Below are positions 26,412 through 35,468 of a stretch of 49,470 bases of DNA, in pieces. Numbering within the stretch: the first letter of the stretch is position 1; each line of letters opens with the position of its first letter. The translations under genes were made by a program, and so were the position numbers. This DNA is from a bacterium (GTDB lineage Bacteria > Patescibacteriota > Dojkabacteria > B142 > OLB20), in the NCBI GenBank assembly GCA_029567095.1, contig JAKQLP010000051.1:1-49470 (forward strand), in the 5' to 3' direction. The notes beneath the pieces are model-generated. The model did not search any database. It was not told the DNA's origin and saw only the letters and a list, made by a program, of their open reading frames with translations.

Positions 26412-27596
26412 CTATGGGCTGTCTGTGGCGTAAGCAGAACTTGTCAGTGCAGGAACCAAAAAAGAAAAAACAGCGTCTTTATTAGTATTTGAAGTCCTAC
26501 CTGTGCCCTCAAACAGATAGAATGGTTGCAGGAAGTTTGTCCATAATACCTGGGAATCTCTAGTTTGAGGCTCTATATATATTAATTTAGTTAGATTAGG
26601 ATCTATTTTATATTCAGCAATTTGAAGTTGCTGTTGTTGGCCAAGATAATTATCACCAACTAAATGTAGCCTATAAAGATAGCCATTATTTTTTTGAAGT
26701 TCTTGGAAGGCCTGATCCGGAGTTTGTAATTTATATATTCCAACCTCATCCTCATATTCCAAAGCCTTATATTCCAATTCAATTAAATCCTGCAGCATAT
26801 CTTGTGGCTTATTAGCGTATTCTTTTAATAATAGAGTAGCGATACCGTCATAATATGAATATTTTCTGACATCTATAAAAGTATCAGGGACAGTATTAGT
26901 AACGGGCTCAATAGCCTTAAGATATTTATTTAACGAGACCCTGACGCAATTATATTTATCGCTCTTACTTGATAGGCTTCCATCGGCTGCTCTGAAGGCA
27001 AAGTCTACTCTACTCGCCTCAGTATCGAGATTATTCTTTTTAATGTTAATGCGATCTAATATGGAAAGCGCTCTTTGAATAGCAAAATCCTGATCCTCAT
27101 TGGTCATTTCAATTAATTGGGTTGTATTCGTCTTGAATTTGTAATATTTTTGAAATCTATCAAAAGTAAATGTCCTAGTCCCATCTTCCGACTCCCAGTT
27201 CATTACATTATTAAGTACACTATAATCACCTGTAAAGCCTAATGCTGTTGCGGTTGCTTTACCTTTTTCAGCGTCATCCAGATACTCTCTTTCAGGCTTA
27301 ATTTTATAAACATAAACTACGGGTGGGAACTCAGGGAATTTGGCAGTAGTTTTTGAAATCAAACCAATATTTTGACTGCTCGAATTTAAGGAATTTAAAT
27401 CTGGTTTAGGGATTTGTTGGAATTTATTATCTGCGATCGGATAATTTGGATCAACTTCAGTTCCAGGGTCAGGACCTACTATTATTCCTGATTGTTTGGA
27501 TAACCAATCAATGAAAAGTACTACAATGACGAATATCAAAAAATAGATAAACATCCTTTTAACTTGTGTAGTGGTCTTTTTAAGCTGTGTAGCCAT
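26412..27596 (-). CDS. Hypothetical N-terminally membrane-anchored extracytoplasmic protein (394 aa)
   Basis: Basic N-terminus followed by a single TM (MFIYFLIFVIVVLFIDWL) and then a hydrophilic mixed alpha/beta domain. No motif recognised. Confidence 0.5.
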   Translation of the reverse strand: MATQLKKTTTQVKRMFIYFLIFVIVVLFIDWLSKQSGIIVGPDPGTEVDPNYPIADNKFQQIPKPDLNSLNSSSQNIGLISKTTAKFPEFPPVVYVYKIKPEREYLDDAEKGKATATALGFTGDYSVLNNVMNWESEDGTRTFTFDRFQKYYKFKTNTTQLIEMTNEDQDFAIQRALSILDRINIKKNNLDTEASRVDFAFRAADGSLSSKSDKYNCVRVSLNKYLKAIEPVTNTVPDTFIDVRKYSYYDGIATLLLKEYANKPQDMLQDLIELEYKALEYEDEVGIYKLQTPDQAFQELQKNNGYLYRLHLVGDNYLGQQQQLQIAEYKIDPNLTKLIYIEPQTRDSQVLWTNFLQPFYLFEGTGRTSNTNKDAVFSFLVPALTSSAYATDSP

Positions 27597-27664
27597 ATTT
27601 CCAATTCTATCGCAAAGTGTAATAATATTATATATGTAATTATTTTAAAGTAAAAATATAAGTA

Positions 27665-29002
27665 ATGAATAAAAAGATCGTAGCTTTAGGTGCAGTGTTC
27701 ATAGTCCTACTAATTGTGCTATTAATAATACTTGCTAATCGAAACAGTGGAGGCAGTGGATCTGTAACTGTGACTCCATCACAATCTTCGGGCCAGGTAA
27801 CTCTTATCTGGTGGAATCTTTTTGAACCTGAAGAAAATGTTAAACCACTTATAGATGCTTTTGAGACAGAATATCCAAATATCAAAGTGCAATATACTCA
27901 AGTGGGTTTGGATGGTATCGATAAGTATAAAACTGAATTACAAAATAGTTTGACTGATCAGGATGTGGTAACCTCTCCTGATATTTTCCCTATTCATAAT
28001 ACTTGGGTGGGTAAATTCCAAGATCTAATTGTGCCAGCGCCTTCTACAGTAGTATCCTCCACTGATATGCAGGACTTCTATTCTATCGTTAGTAGGGATT
28101 TTGTAAGATCGCAAAAAGTATATGGACTCCCAATGTCTTTAGATGCTATTGCCTTGATCTACAATAAAACAAAATTAAGAGAAAAAGGATACCAGGCTCC
28201 TGCTCTGACTTGGAATGATCTAAAAACACAGGCAGTGGACCTAACCGTAAAAGATCAAAGTAATAATATTACTTATGCAGGATTTTCCGCTTTTGATCCA
28301 GCCACATCAGAATTTTACTTCGAGGTAATGAACCAGCTCTTCTTGCAAAATGATGTAATAATGGTGGATACAACTACTAAGCTTTCAAAGATCGGAGATA
28401 ATGACAATGCAAGTTCCGCGGTAAGTTATTATAGGAATTTCCTCGAAGGTTTTGATGCAACTTGGGATCCAAAATTCAAAAAGGATATTGCGGCTTTTCT
28501 AGAGAATAATTTGGCTATGTATCCTGCTCCCAGCTGGAGATTAATAAATGTGCTTGAATATAATGATTTTTATAAATTAAACCTAGATGTTGGGGTAGCT
28601 ACTATGCCACAGCTAACTGGAGGAGGAGATTTTTATTGGCCCACCTATTGGGGGCAAACCGTAGCTAAAGATAGTCAATATTCAAAAGAGGCTTGGCAGT
28701 TTGTGGATTTTATTACACAACCAGAGCAATTACAATTATATAATGACACTGTCAAAGCTAATGGTAGGCCAATAGGAGTTATTTTCCCCAGGATTAGCCA
28801 GGCAGAGATCAATCAGGCTGATACTTATCTTGCTCCATATGCAACTTCACTAGCTAAAGCACAAAATTGGGATATGAAGGATGGCTGGGAGTTAAAGAAA
28901 CTACTCGATAATCTGTTTGGCACAAATAATGCAGAGATCGATGCTATTCAAGGGGCAATTAATAAGGTGTTACAAGAAGCAACTATTACTCCAACCCCTT
29001 AA
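27665..29002 (+). CDS. Extracellular solute-binding protein, family 1 (sugar-type ABC SBP), TM-anchored
   Basis: N-terminal TM with no lipobox Cys and a Gly/Ser linker. The following VTLIWWNLFEPEENVKPLIDAFETEYPNIKVQY, YGLPMSLDAIALIYNK and W-rich C-lobe are typical of SBP_bac_1. No permease or ATPase gene is adjacent. Confidence 0.7.
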   Translation: MNKKIVALGAVFIVLLIVLLIILANRNSGGSGSVTVTPSQSSGQVTLIWWNLFEPEENVKPLIDAFETEYPNIKVQYTQVGLDGIDKYKTELQNSLTDQDVVTSPDIFPIHNTWVGKFQDLIVPAPSTVVSSTDMQDFYSIVSRDFVRSQKVYGLPMSLDAIALIYNKTKLREKGYQAPALTWNDLKTQAVDLTVKDQSNNITYAGFSAFDPATSEFYFEVMNQLFLQNDVIMVDTTTKLSKIGDNDNASSAVSYYRNFLEGFDATWDPKFKKDIAAFLENNLAMYPAPSWRLINVLEYNDFYKLNLDVGVATMPQLTGGGDFYWPTYWGQTVAKDSQYSKEAWQFVDFITQPEQLQLYNDTVKANGRPIGVIFPRISQAEINQADTYLAPYATSLAKAQNWDMKDGWELKKLLDNLFGTNNAEIDAIQGAINKVLQEATITPTP

Positions 29003-31482
29003 TTTAAGCCAAATTGTATATTATCGGCTTTCGGGATACTGTTAATTGCCCAAGAGGCTAATTGATTATCAATATATGTTTTAAGATCATTAGGATCGTC
29101 TAAATGATCTTTAGAAAGACCTAATATTATCATTTGCGGCATTTCATAACTGGCATCGTTCATAAGGTTGATCATGATCTTTTTGTCAGCAAATTTTTCT
29201 TGTAGTTTTATAGCCGAAACATCCAGGTAATTAAATAGATTTGTTTTCTGAGTTGCACTAAGTTCAGAGTCATTAATTATACTTACCTCATAATTTGCTA
29301 GGTATATTATATTGGGAGATGTGCCATAACCTGGCTGACTTCCTGAATTACAAGTATGAACATCAACGCACTGATAGGCAGATTCAAAAACGCCCATTCT
29401 ATCAAATGCCTGGAACATTCCAATTAAAGCGATCACAATCATAATTAGATTATCTAGATCTAATTTACCTTGCATAATAGTAAGAAGGTGGAAAATAGCA
29501 CTTACGGATCCGAAAGCAACGTTAACAAGCCCCGCTAGTTTATCAACTGCTTTATCAAACAGGCTCCCTATCATAGTACCAATGAAACTACCAACACCTG
29601 AGGCGATAAACATTATCCATCCTAACGATCCACCGCTAACGGCTGTAATTATTGCTCCTACAACCATACCTGTAAAGGCTCCTATTGTACTTCCAATAAT
29701 CGCGGCAGCTCCGATAGGCACTCCCATCGCAGACAGTACCGCCATACCTGCAGCGGTACCAACGACTTGGCCAGCAAAGGAAGCTAACGCTGCGGGTTTA
29801 GCTGCATTGGAAATAACAAATGACATATTCTTGGCAAAGAAATTCCCAATTTGTAAGGCGGTTCTAGCCAAAGTAACAGGGAAAACAACTGAGGGCAATC
29901 CAAGTGATAAATTAATCCAATTGGATCCCACAATTAATACATTCTCCCATTTGCTTTTATTAGGATCTCCACCAAAGAAGTTTTCCTGTAAGTATCTCCC
30001 TAAATTACCTTTATACTTTTGCATAATAAGATCAATTTGGGAGGCTACCCAAAGATTGGTTTGGACATTTCCCAGAAGTTCGAACGTAGGGATAACTGCC
30101 ATAGTCCTTAACAATCTGGAGTTGCTAGTAGCAATTTTATTAATAATTCTGGTGTGCAGGCTATCACCGATCATGCCTCCAACCGATCCCACACCCAGTC
30201 CAATTGCTGCCCCAACAGTTATAGGCATTCCAGTTATAGCGGCTATGCCTACTCCTAGCACACTACCGACTGTGCCCCATTTAGTACCAGCGTCAGCCAA
30301 CTTAAAGATCCTCCCCCACCCTTTTATGGGTGTTACTTTAGCTTTAGAAATTGCATTAACATCCCAGCCCCCATGTTTGAGCATATATTGGCCATATCCA
30401 TGTTTGGTTTGAAATCTTTCTATAAAACCAAACTTGGCTAAAGTGCTATCGCTTACTACTAATTTACCTAATGTCGCAGCTCCAGCCACAGTGCCCATCA
30501 GTACACCAGCTATAGGGTTTGCGCCAAATACCAGATAAGCAACTCCACCGTATAGGGCTCCTGTAGTTATACTCTTACCGATATTAATTGTACCTTTTAC
30601 TACATCTGCTCCAATTGCAAAAGCTCTACCAACTCCAGTTCTGATACCTTTTGCTGTTGCCTTGGTTGCTTTTATAGCAGATGAGGTTTTAAGACCAAAC
30701 TCAGAGGTAGTTAGTCTAGTTTTAGAGTTTAATAGTTTACGACCTAGTCTAGAACCTGAAGCTTTGCTTATTAAGCCTTGCTTAACTGTATTGATAACCT
30801 TGGTAATTCTTTGCCTGATCTTATCAATGATGTTATCAACAATAATGGACACAGCAGTTTTAAATAGGCTTTCCTTTTTTTTCTTTTTTTTCTCTAACTC
30901 AAAACTTCTTCGCGCTTGCAGAGCCAGAGCAAATCGTTTCCTCTTACTTGTATCTTCTTTATTCGCAGTTATTTTAACTAAACGCTCTACAATATAGTCG
31001 TCAACCTTTTCTGGTAATTGTGCTAGATTAATTCTGCGGCGTATCCTAGAAGGGGTAAACATTTGGGCAGTTGCTCCAAGGATTCCCTTTTTGGCATAAG
31101 CCTCGAGCATTTCTTCCTGTCTTTTACTTGACCATTCCTTAAAAAATGCATCCTCATTTATTTGTTTTGTGCGCAGTAATTTTCTTACTCTACCTTTTAT
31201 AGTCCTTTGTTCAAGACTTTCGATCATGGAATCTGAATTGACTGTAGAATCCAATTTCTTTTCCTGTTTAGGGGCGGAATCTCTATCAATATTTGATAAA
31301 AGCTGTTCTTGTGCTTTAGGCTTAGCTAACAGGTAGTTTTCCAGATTAGTGCTTGCCTCCTTCAACATATCAGCAATTCTTCTTAATTCTTTTAACTTCT
31401 CGTTCAATGAATCCAAGGCCTCTTTAACTTCGGGGGACATTTCTATTTGATTAGGTTGTAAATTATTGGTTTCTGCGCTCAT
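28999..31482 (-). CDS. Hypothetical 827-aa membrane protein: basic coiled-coil N-domain, extensive glycine-zipper TM region, C-terminal ~125-aa domain
   Basis: No signal peptide. Residues 1-280 are Lys/Arg/Glu-rich and helical. Residues ~283-697 are Gly/Ala/Ile/Val-rich with many GxxxG/GxxxA repeats, for example GAAIGLGVGSVGGMIG and GAFTGMVVGAIITAVSGGSLGWIMFIASGVGSFIGTMIGS. The tail has two Cys (CVDVHTC). ATGA overlap with the upstream gene. Confidence 0.6.
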   Translation of the reverse strand: MSAETNNLQPNQIEMSPEVKEALDSLNEKLKELRRIADMLKEASTNLENYLLAKPKAQEQLLSNIDRDSAPKQEKKLDSTVNSDSMIESLEQRTIKGRVRKLLRTKQINEDAFFKEWSSKRQEEMLEAYAKKGILGATAQMFTPSRIRRRINLAQLPEKVDDYIVERLVKITANKEDTSKRKRFALALQARRSFELEKKKKKKESLFKTAVSIIVDNIIDKIRQRITKVINTVKQGLISKASGSRLGRKLLNSKTRLTTSEFGLKTSSAIKATKATAKGIRTGVGRAFAIGADVVKGTINIGKSITTGALYGGVAYLVFGANPIAGVLMGTVAGAATLGKLVVSDSTLAKFGFIERFQTKHGYGQYMLKHGGWDVNAISKAKVTPIKGWGRIFKLADAGTKWGTVGSVLGVGIAAITGMPITVGAAIGLGVGSVGGMIGDSLHTRIINKIATSNSRLLRTMAVIPTFELLGNVQTNLWVASQIDLIMQKYKGNLGRYLQENFFGGDPNKSKWENVLIVGSNWINLSLGLPSVVFPVTLARTALQIGNFFAKNMSFVISNAAKPAALASFAGQVVGTAAGMAVLSAMGVPIGAAAIIGSTIGAFTGMVVGAIITAVSGGSLGWIMFIASGVGSFIGTMIGSLFDKAVDKLAGLVNVAFGSVSAIFHLLTIMQGKLDLDNLIMIVIALIGMFQAFDRMGVFESAYQCVDVHTCNSGSQPGYGTSPNIIYLANYEVSIINDSELSATQKTNLFNYLDVSAIKLQEKFADKKIMINLMNDASYEMPQMIILGLSKDHLDDPNDLKTYIDNQLASWAINSIPKADNIQFGLN
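30875..30891 (-). repeat. Two 8-nt homopolymer tracts (coding strand A8-G-A8) encoding KKKKKK inside the 827-aa gene
   Basis: The plus strand reads T8-C-T8 at 30875-30891. The coding strand is GAG AAA AAA AAG AAA AAA AAG GAA. Confidence 0.9.
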
Positions 31483-32612
31483 TGTTGTTTACTAAAATTT
31501 TCTTGCAAAGCCTCTGATGATGCAATTAATTGTTGATTTTGTTCGTAAAGAGCGTCAATCTGAGCCTTCAGACTTTGGATCTGTTCTTCAGTTGGAGGTT
31601 CCGGTAAATCTTGTAGTGCTCGTGTTAATGTTTGGAGTTTAGCGGCTTCTAAATCCATTGTTAATGTTTGATCTTTACCTGGCCCAAACAAATCTTCGTA
31701 TGCGCTAAGTAATAATTGTTGCCTTTCATCTCTGGCCAAGTTAGGATCTGCAGCTTGTTTAATTGCAGCTTTCCTTTCAGCATCAATTGCTTTTTCTTCT
31801 TCTTCTTCCTTTTTAGCCTCAGCTTGTTTTTTAATTTTGTCATTTAAATTTTTAGCAGCTACCATTCGAGCAAATTGTTGATCCCAGCTATTAACATCAA
31901 TAATGTATTTGGGGTCGTAACTTGAATTTACCCATCTTAAAAGTCTATCAACAGCTTCTATGGTTTTTTTGTCAAAAAGTGCATATATTTCTTTAAATTT
32001 TACAAATACATTTTTAATATATTCACCTTTATCTTTATGATCAGTCTGCCATTTAGCAATCATATCCCTAATAATATGATCATTCTCCTGAAGCATCAAT
32101 TTGTACATACCTTCCACATTCATCATATTTGATATTTTAGGTCCTAACTGAGCTTGTTGGGCCGGAGGTAACTTTTTATATGCTTCAATTAAATAAGCAA
32201 CTTTCTCTTGGGCAAGAGCATTAACTTCATAGGGAATAGTTATGTAATTTCGTCTAGTTTGAAAATCCTTATACACTTTAATCAGATAATCGTAGAAAAT
32301 CACTTTGCCGGGTGGATTCTTTGCTTTTATATCATTGATCAAAGGCATTTTCCCAACAATTTCTACCTGATTTAAAGCACTCATTATCATATTCAATTGA
32401 GAATAGTCAGAGATTGGAATTTGGCCACCTTGATCTGTTCTTGAAATATCTCGTAGATATTTTACTGCAGCAATTGAATATTGAGCCGGGGCTTTGGGAT
32501 CATATGGATCTGGAGGGTATAATTTGACTCCAGCGTAATATGGAAAGCAAATATTTGGTAAAGACTGTTCGAGCCTCGTTATCGCATTTACTATGTCTGT
32601 AGTTTGTATCAT
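31479..32612 (-). CDS. Hypothetical soluble protein (377 aa) with a C-terminal charged coiled coil
   Basis: No TM or signal peptide. The C-terminal ~110 aa are heptad-like and charged (KKQAEAKKEEEEEKAIDAERKAAIKQA...SLKAQIDALYEQNQQL). Separated by 3 nt from the upstream gene and overlaps the downstream gene by 4 nt. Confidence 0.55.
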   Translation of the reverse strand: MIQTTDIVNAITRLEQSLPNICFPYYAGVKLYPPDPYDPKAPAQYSIAAVKYLRDISRTDQGGQIPISDYSQLNMIMSALNQVEIVGKMPLINDIKAKNPPGKVIFYDYLIKVYKDFQTRRNYITIPYEVNALAQEKVAYLIEAYKKLPPAQQAQLGPKISNMMNVEGMYKLMLQENDHIIRDMIAKWQTDHKDKGEYIKNVFVKFKEIYALFDKKTIEAVDRLLRWVNSSYDPKYIIDVNSWDQQFARMVAAKNLNDKIKKQAEAKKEEEEEKAIDAERKAAIKQAADPNLARDERQQLLLSAYEDLFGPGKDQTLTMDLEAAKLQTLTRALQDLPEPPTEEQIQSLKAQIDALYEQNQQLIASSEALQENFSKQQ

Positions 32613-32615
32613 CTC

Positions 32616-33773
32616 TTAAATATAATTAATGATTTTCTCTAATGGTTGGTCAGGATTTTCAAGACCATTAATTACATAACTATAAATTTTCATTTTGGAT
32701 TCAGGTGTAAGGGACAAGGCGTAAGATTCAATAGCGAACTCAGTCATCCTCCCAGTACTTTGGATAGGATAGGTGTCGCAGATGTATTTGTGATGGCTTT
32801 CAATTTCCCTATCCTTCATGGCCTGTCTTAATTCGATCTCATAAAAATTACGAGGAAATAAATTGCCGTTGAGAAATTCTTCGATGATTAAACTCTGGGA
32901 TTCCCAAATTAAACTTTCCTTAGTAGCCTGCTCTAAATTCTCAATATTATCAAGCACTCCTTTTGTATGATTAATCATCTCGTCTTCTAGATCTTTGAAA
33001 TAAGGTCCAAATCTCAGATTTTGTTTGTTAAATATTGATTTGAAATAATCAAATACATTCAATTTAGCCTGTTCTAGGTTGTAACCCTTATTTAAATAAT
33101 CGTAAACTGACTGAGATAGTCTTAGCATGAACGAATTTAACAGGAATTGAAATATTTCCAGAAATTCATCCTGATATAGATAAACAGCAACGCTAACTGT
33201 AGAATAATCCTCAAAAGCTCTGGTAAATTTGGGTGCTTGGTAATTGACTTCAGTTACACAGCTAAGGTTCGCTTTGATTAAATTTTGATCTTTTTCCTGA
33301 AGTAGTGTGGCATCGAGGTCTACTTCACCCCTATCATTAACTTTTATTGCATTAGGAATAAAAATCGAGAAACTTTCACTCATAGTGGCTTTATCTTCAT
33401 GAGCCGCGTCCAGGATCTTATCTTCCGTTACAGTTAATACTCTTAATAGTTCATAATCAGCAAATAACATTCTCGCTTCAAGAAATCTGATCGTGTAATA
33501 AGAATGTAAGGCATTAGTAAAATTTTCTGCGATATTATCTCCACTTATCTTTTCCTGAGAAGCCATCTCCAGCAAAATATTAACCTGATCGATAAAATCA
33601 TTAATCAATTGCTCAGTTCTTAAATTCAAACTTTGGAAATTAATGCTATTTATTGGGCCAGCGTTAAAAAGAAAGGCATAATCCCAAACCCTTGGTCCTA
33701 CAAGTTTTTGTAATTCTTGCATTGTCAGCTGGATTTTGTCATAAAGCTCCAACTGTTGAGCGGTGTTCGACAT
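32616..33773 (-). CDS. Hypothetical soluble protein (385 aa)
   Basis: ATG start and an 11-nt gap to the upstream gene. Mostly helical and acidic. No recognisable motif. Confidence 0.55.
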   Translation of the reverse strand: MSNTAQQLELYDKIQLTMQELQKLVGPRVWDYAFLFNAGPINSINFQSLNLRTEQLINDFIDQVNILLEMASQEKISGDNIAENFTNALHSYYTIRFLEARMLFADYELLRVLTVTEDKILDAAHEDKATMSESFSIFIPNAIKVNDRGEVDLDATLLQEKDQNLIKANLSCVTEVNYQAPKFTRAFEDYSTVSVAVYLYQDEFLEIFQFLLNSFMLRLSQSVYDYLNKGYNLEQAKLNVFDYFKSIFNKQNLRFGPYFKDLEDEMINHTKGVLDNIENLEQATKESLIWESQSLIIEEFLNGNLFPRNFYEIELRQAMKDREIESHHKYICDTYPIQSTGRMTEFAIESYALSLTPESKMKIYSYVINGLENPDQPLEKIINYI

Positions 33774-33784
33774 CAGAGTTCAAT

Positions 33785-35458
33785 TTATTTTGAAGAGAAT
33801 ATTCCCGCTTTACCCGTTAACAAGCTGGTGATAGTGCTTACAGTGCCCATAGCTTTCTTGCCGACTTCAGTAATATCTTTACCAGTTCTAGAAATATCCT
33901 GGAATGGACTATTTACTTCTAGGAACTTTTTCACCATCTCCAGTACTGTAGGAGTAGCCATGTATAATCCAAAGACCAACAGGGACGTTACAATGTTCTT
34001 CCCGTTATTATTAATTGTAGTTGCATCGAAGATCTGTCCTTGAGTATAGCCTAATAGAGGTGGAGTCCATTTAATTTGACCGGCTTGGGAGAAAGCGGAA
34101 CTTAGTTGTGTTTCTGATCCAGCTGCTGAATATCCAAAAATCACAAGAAGTAGGAACATGGCATAGAGGACTATGAATGTTAATGAGGCCCCTCCTAATG
34201 TTTTAAAGAAGTCATTCAATGTCTTATTGGTATTGCTAGGCAGGGCTGCTCCTAAGAAAACAAATGGCGCAATAATTGGATAAAAGCTTAAAATTAAATA
34301 ATTATTAAGTAATGTGAAAAAAAGTTTAAATGCTGTTTGGAAAACAGCAAGTGCTAAAATCAATTCAATTAAAGCATTGCCAATTCCTAATTTGTCGTTA
34401 TCAGCCAAATTTAGAACTATAGCAATACCTTGTCCAATTATATTGTTTTGGGCTGCTTTTGGCACCAAGTATTCAAAAGAACATCTGGTTGGTGAGTTCC
34501 AGGTATTACACACATTGACGGTGGTCATTGAAAATATATTCCAGATACTCATTTGAGGATCATCCGGTTGGAGAACGTTTTTGATATCTGTTGATGCGGC
34601 GCTGTCCTCACCGTGTTCAGCCCATTTTGGTACTTGAGGTGTAGTGCCAGAGGATGGATTGATTAATTCGTATCCAGGTGACCCTTCTGAAGTGAATAGA
34701 AAATTATAGACAACATTAGATCCTAGATATATCGCATCAATAAATAACCCGCAGAGCGCATAACTAAATGTAACAAGCACCATAGAAATTATGACTGAAG
34801 GAATTGAGTTAGCAATAGTTACAATTTCCTGCCCCCCCATGGGTTGTCTTAATAAAATCAAGAAAGCAATAGCTATTAAAATGATGATATAAAATCCATA
34901 AACAATATTTCTTGACCACTGCCATAAGCCCAATACCGGTTGTAATACATTGTATCCAATCCCTGGGGCATAAACAGAACTATCCTGTGGATCAGCAGCT
35001 AAAGTTGTAAAGGAAACTCCTTCCCTTACTTGATAATACTGATCTTGCGCCCACACTATAAAACTAGCTGGTTGCATCTCATATAATGTATCTGTCACTC
35101 GAGCAATTTCGAATACAGCACCACCTTCAGCTACATAAGGCAAGTTGATTTGATTGTAACTAGTAGACCCTATCGTTGTATCTTCTTTAGGACCAGTAAT
35201 ATATTCAGACATAGATTTTACGACTGTATCCATCCATCCATCCCATTTACCTTCGGAATAATTGAGGGTGTAGACATCAAGTGGTGATTTATCTCTGGTT
35301 GAACTGGTAGAACCTGCTCCCATGACATGAAGCGGGGCGATAGATATTAAAAACAATGTTGCCAGAGTAAATGTTATAACCGAGACTAAAGGAAAACTCT
35401 TGAATTTACTTAAAAAAGATATGAGGTTCTTATTCATATTATAATGATAAAAGGACAT
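33785..35458 (-). CDS. Hypothetical polytopic membrane protein (557 aa) with an N-terminal signal/anchor and a ~150-aa exported domain; VirB6/TrbL-like in topology only
   Basis: N-terminal hydrophobic segment ending VMG/AG, then a hydrophilic domain, then at least 6 hydrophobic helices separated by one large loop (residues ~255-335). Hydrophilic C-tail. No sequence motif recognised. Confidence 0.55.
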   Translation of the reverse strand: MSFYHYNMNKNLISFLSKFKSFPLVSVITFTLATLFLISIAPLHVMGAGSTSSTRDKSPLDVYTLNYSEGKWDGWMDTVVKSMSEYITGPKEDTTIGSTSYNQINLPYVAEGGAVFEIARVTDTLYEMQPASFIVWAQDQYYQVREGVSFTTLAADPQDSSVYAPGIGYNVLQPVLGLWQWSRNIVYGFYIIILIAIAFLILLRQPMGGQEIVTIANSIPSVIISMVLVTFSYALCGLFIDAIYLGSNVVYNFLFTSEGSPGYELINPSSGTTPQVPKWAEHGEDSAASTDIKNVLQPDDPQMSIWNIFSMTTVNVCNTWNSPTRCSFEYLVPKAAQNNIIGQGIAIVLNLADNDKLGIGNALIELILALAVFQTAFKLFFTLLNNYLILSFYPIIAPFVFLGAALPSNTNKTLNDFFKTLGGASLTFIVLYAMFLLLVIFGYSAAGSETQLSSAFSQAGQIKWTPPLLGYTQGQIFDATTINNNGKNIVTSLLVFGLYMATPTVLEMVKKFLEVNSPFQDISRTGKDITEVGKKAMGTVSTITSLLTGKAGIFSSK

Positions 35459-35468
35459 TAATATTAGT

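Noticed and set aside
29582-30412. Long plus-strand ORF (276 aa, Pro/Ala/Ile-rich) antisense to the 827-aa gene
   Set aside because: It is a shadow frame created by the Gly/Ala codon bias of the glycine-zipper region on the opposite strand. It has low-complexity content and no independent start context.
28999-31482. The 827-aa Gly-rich protein as a phage tape-measure protein, implying a prophage
   Set aside because: No capsid, portal, terminase, tail, integrase or lysis genes are nearby. The flanking genes are cellular. The composition resemblance alone is insufficient.
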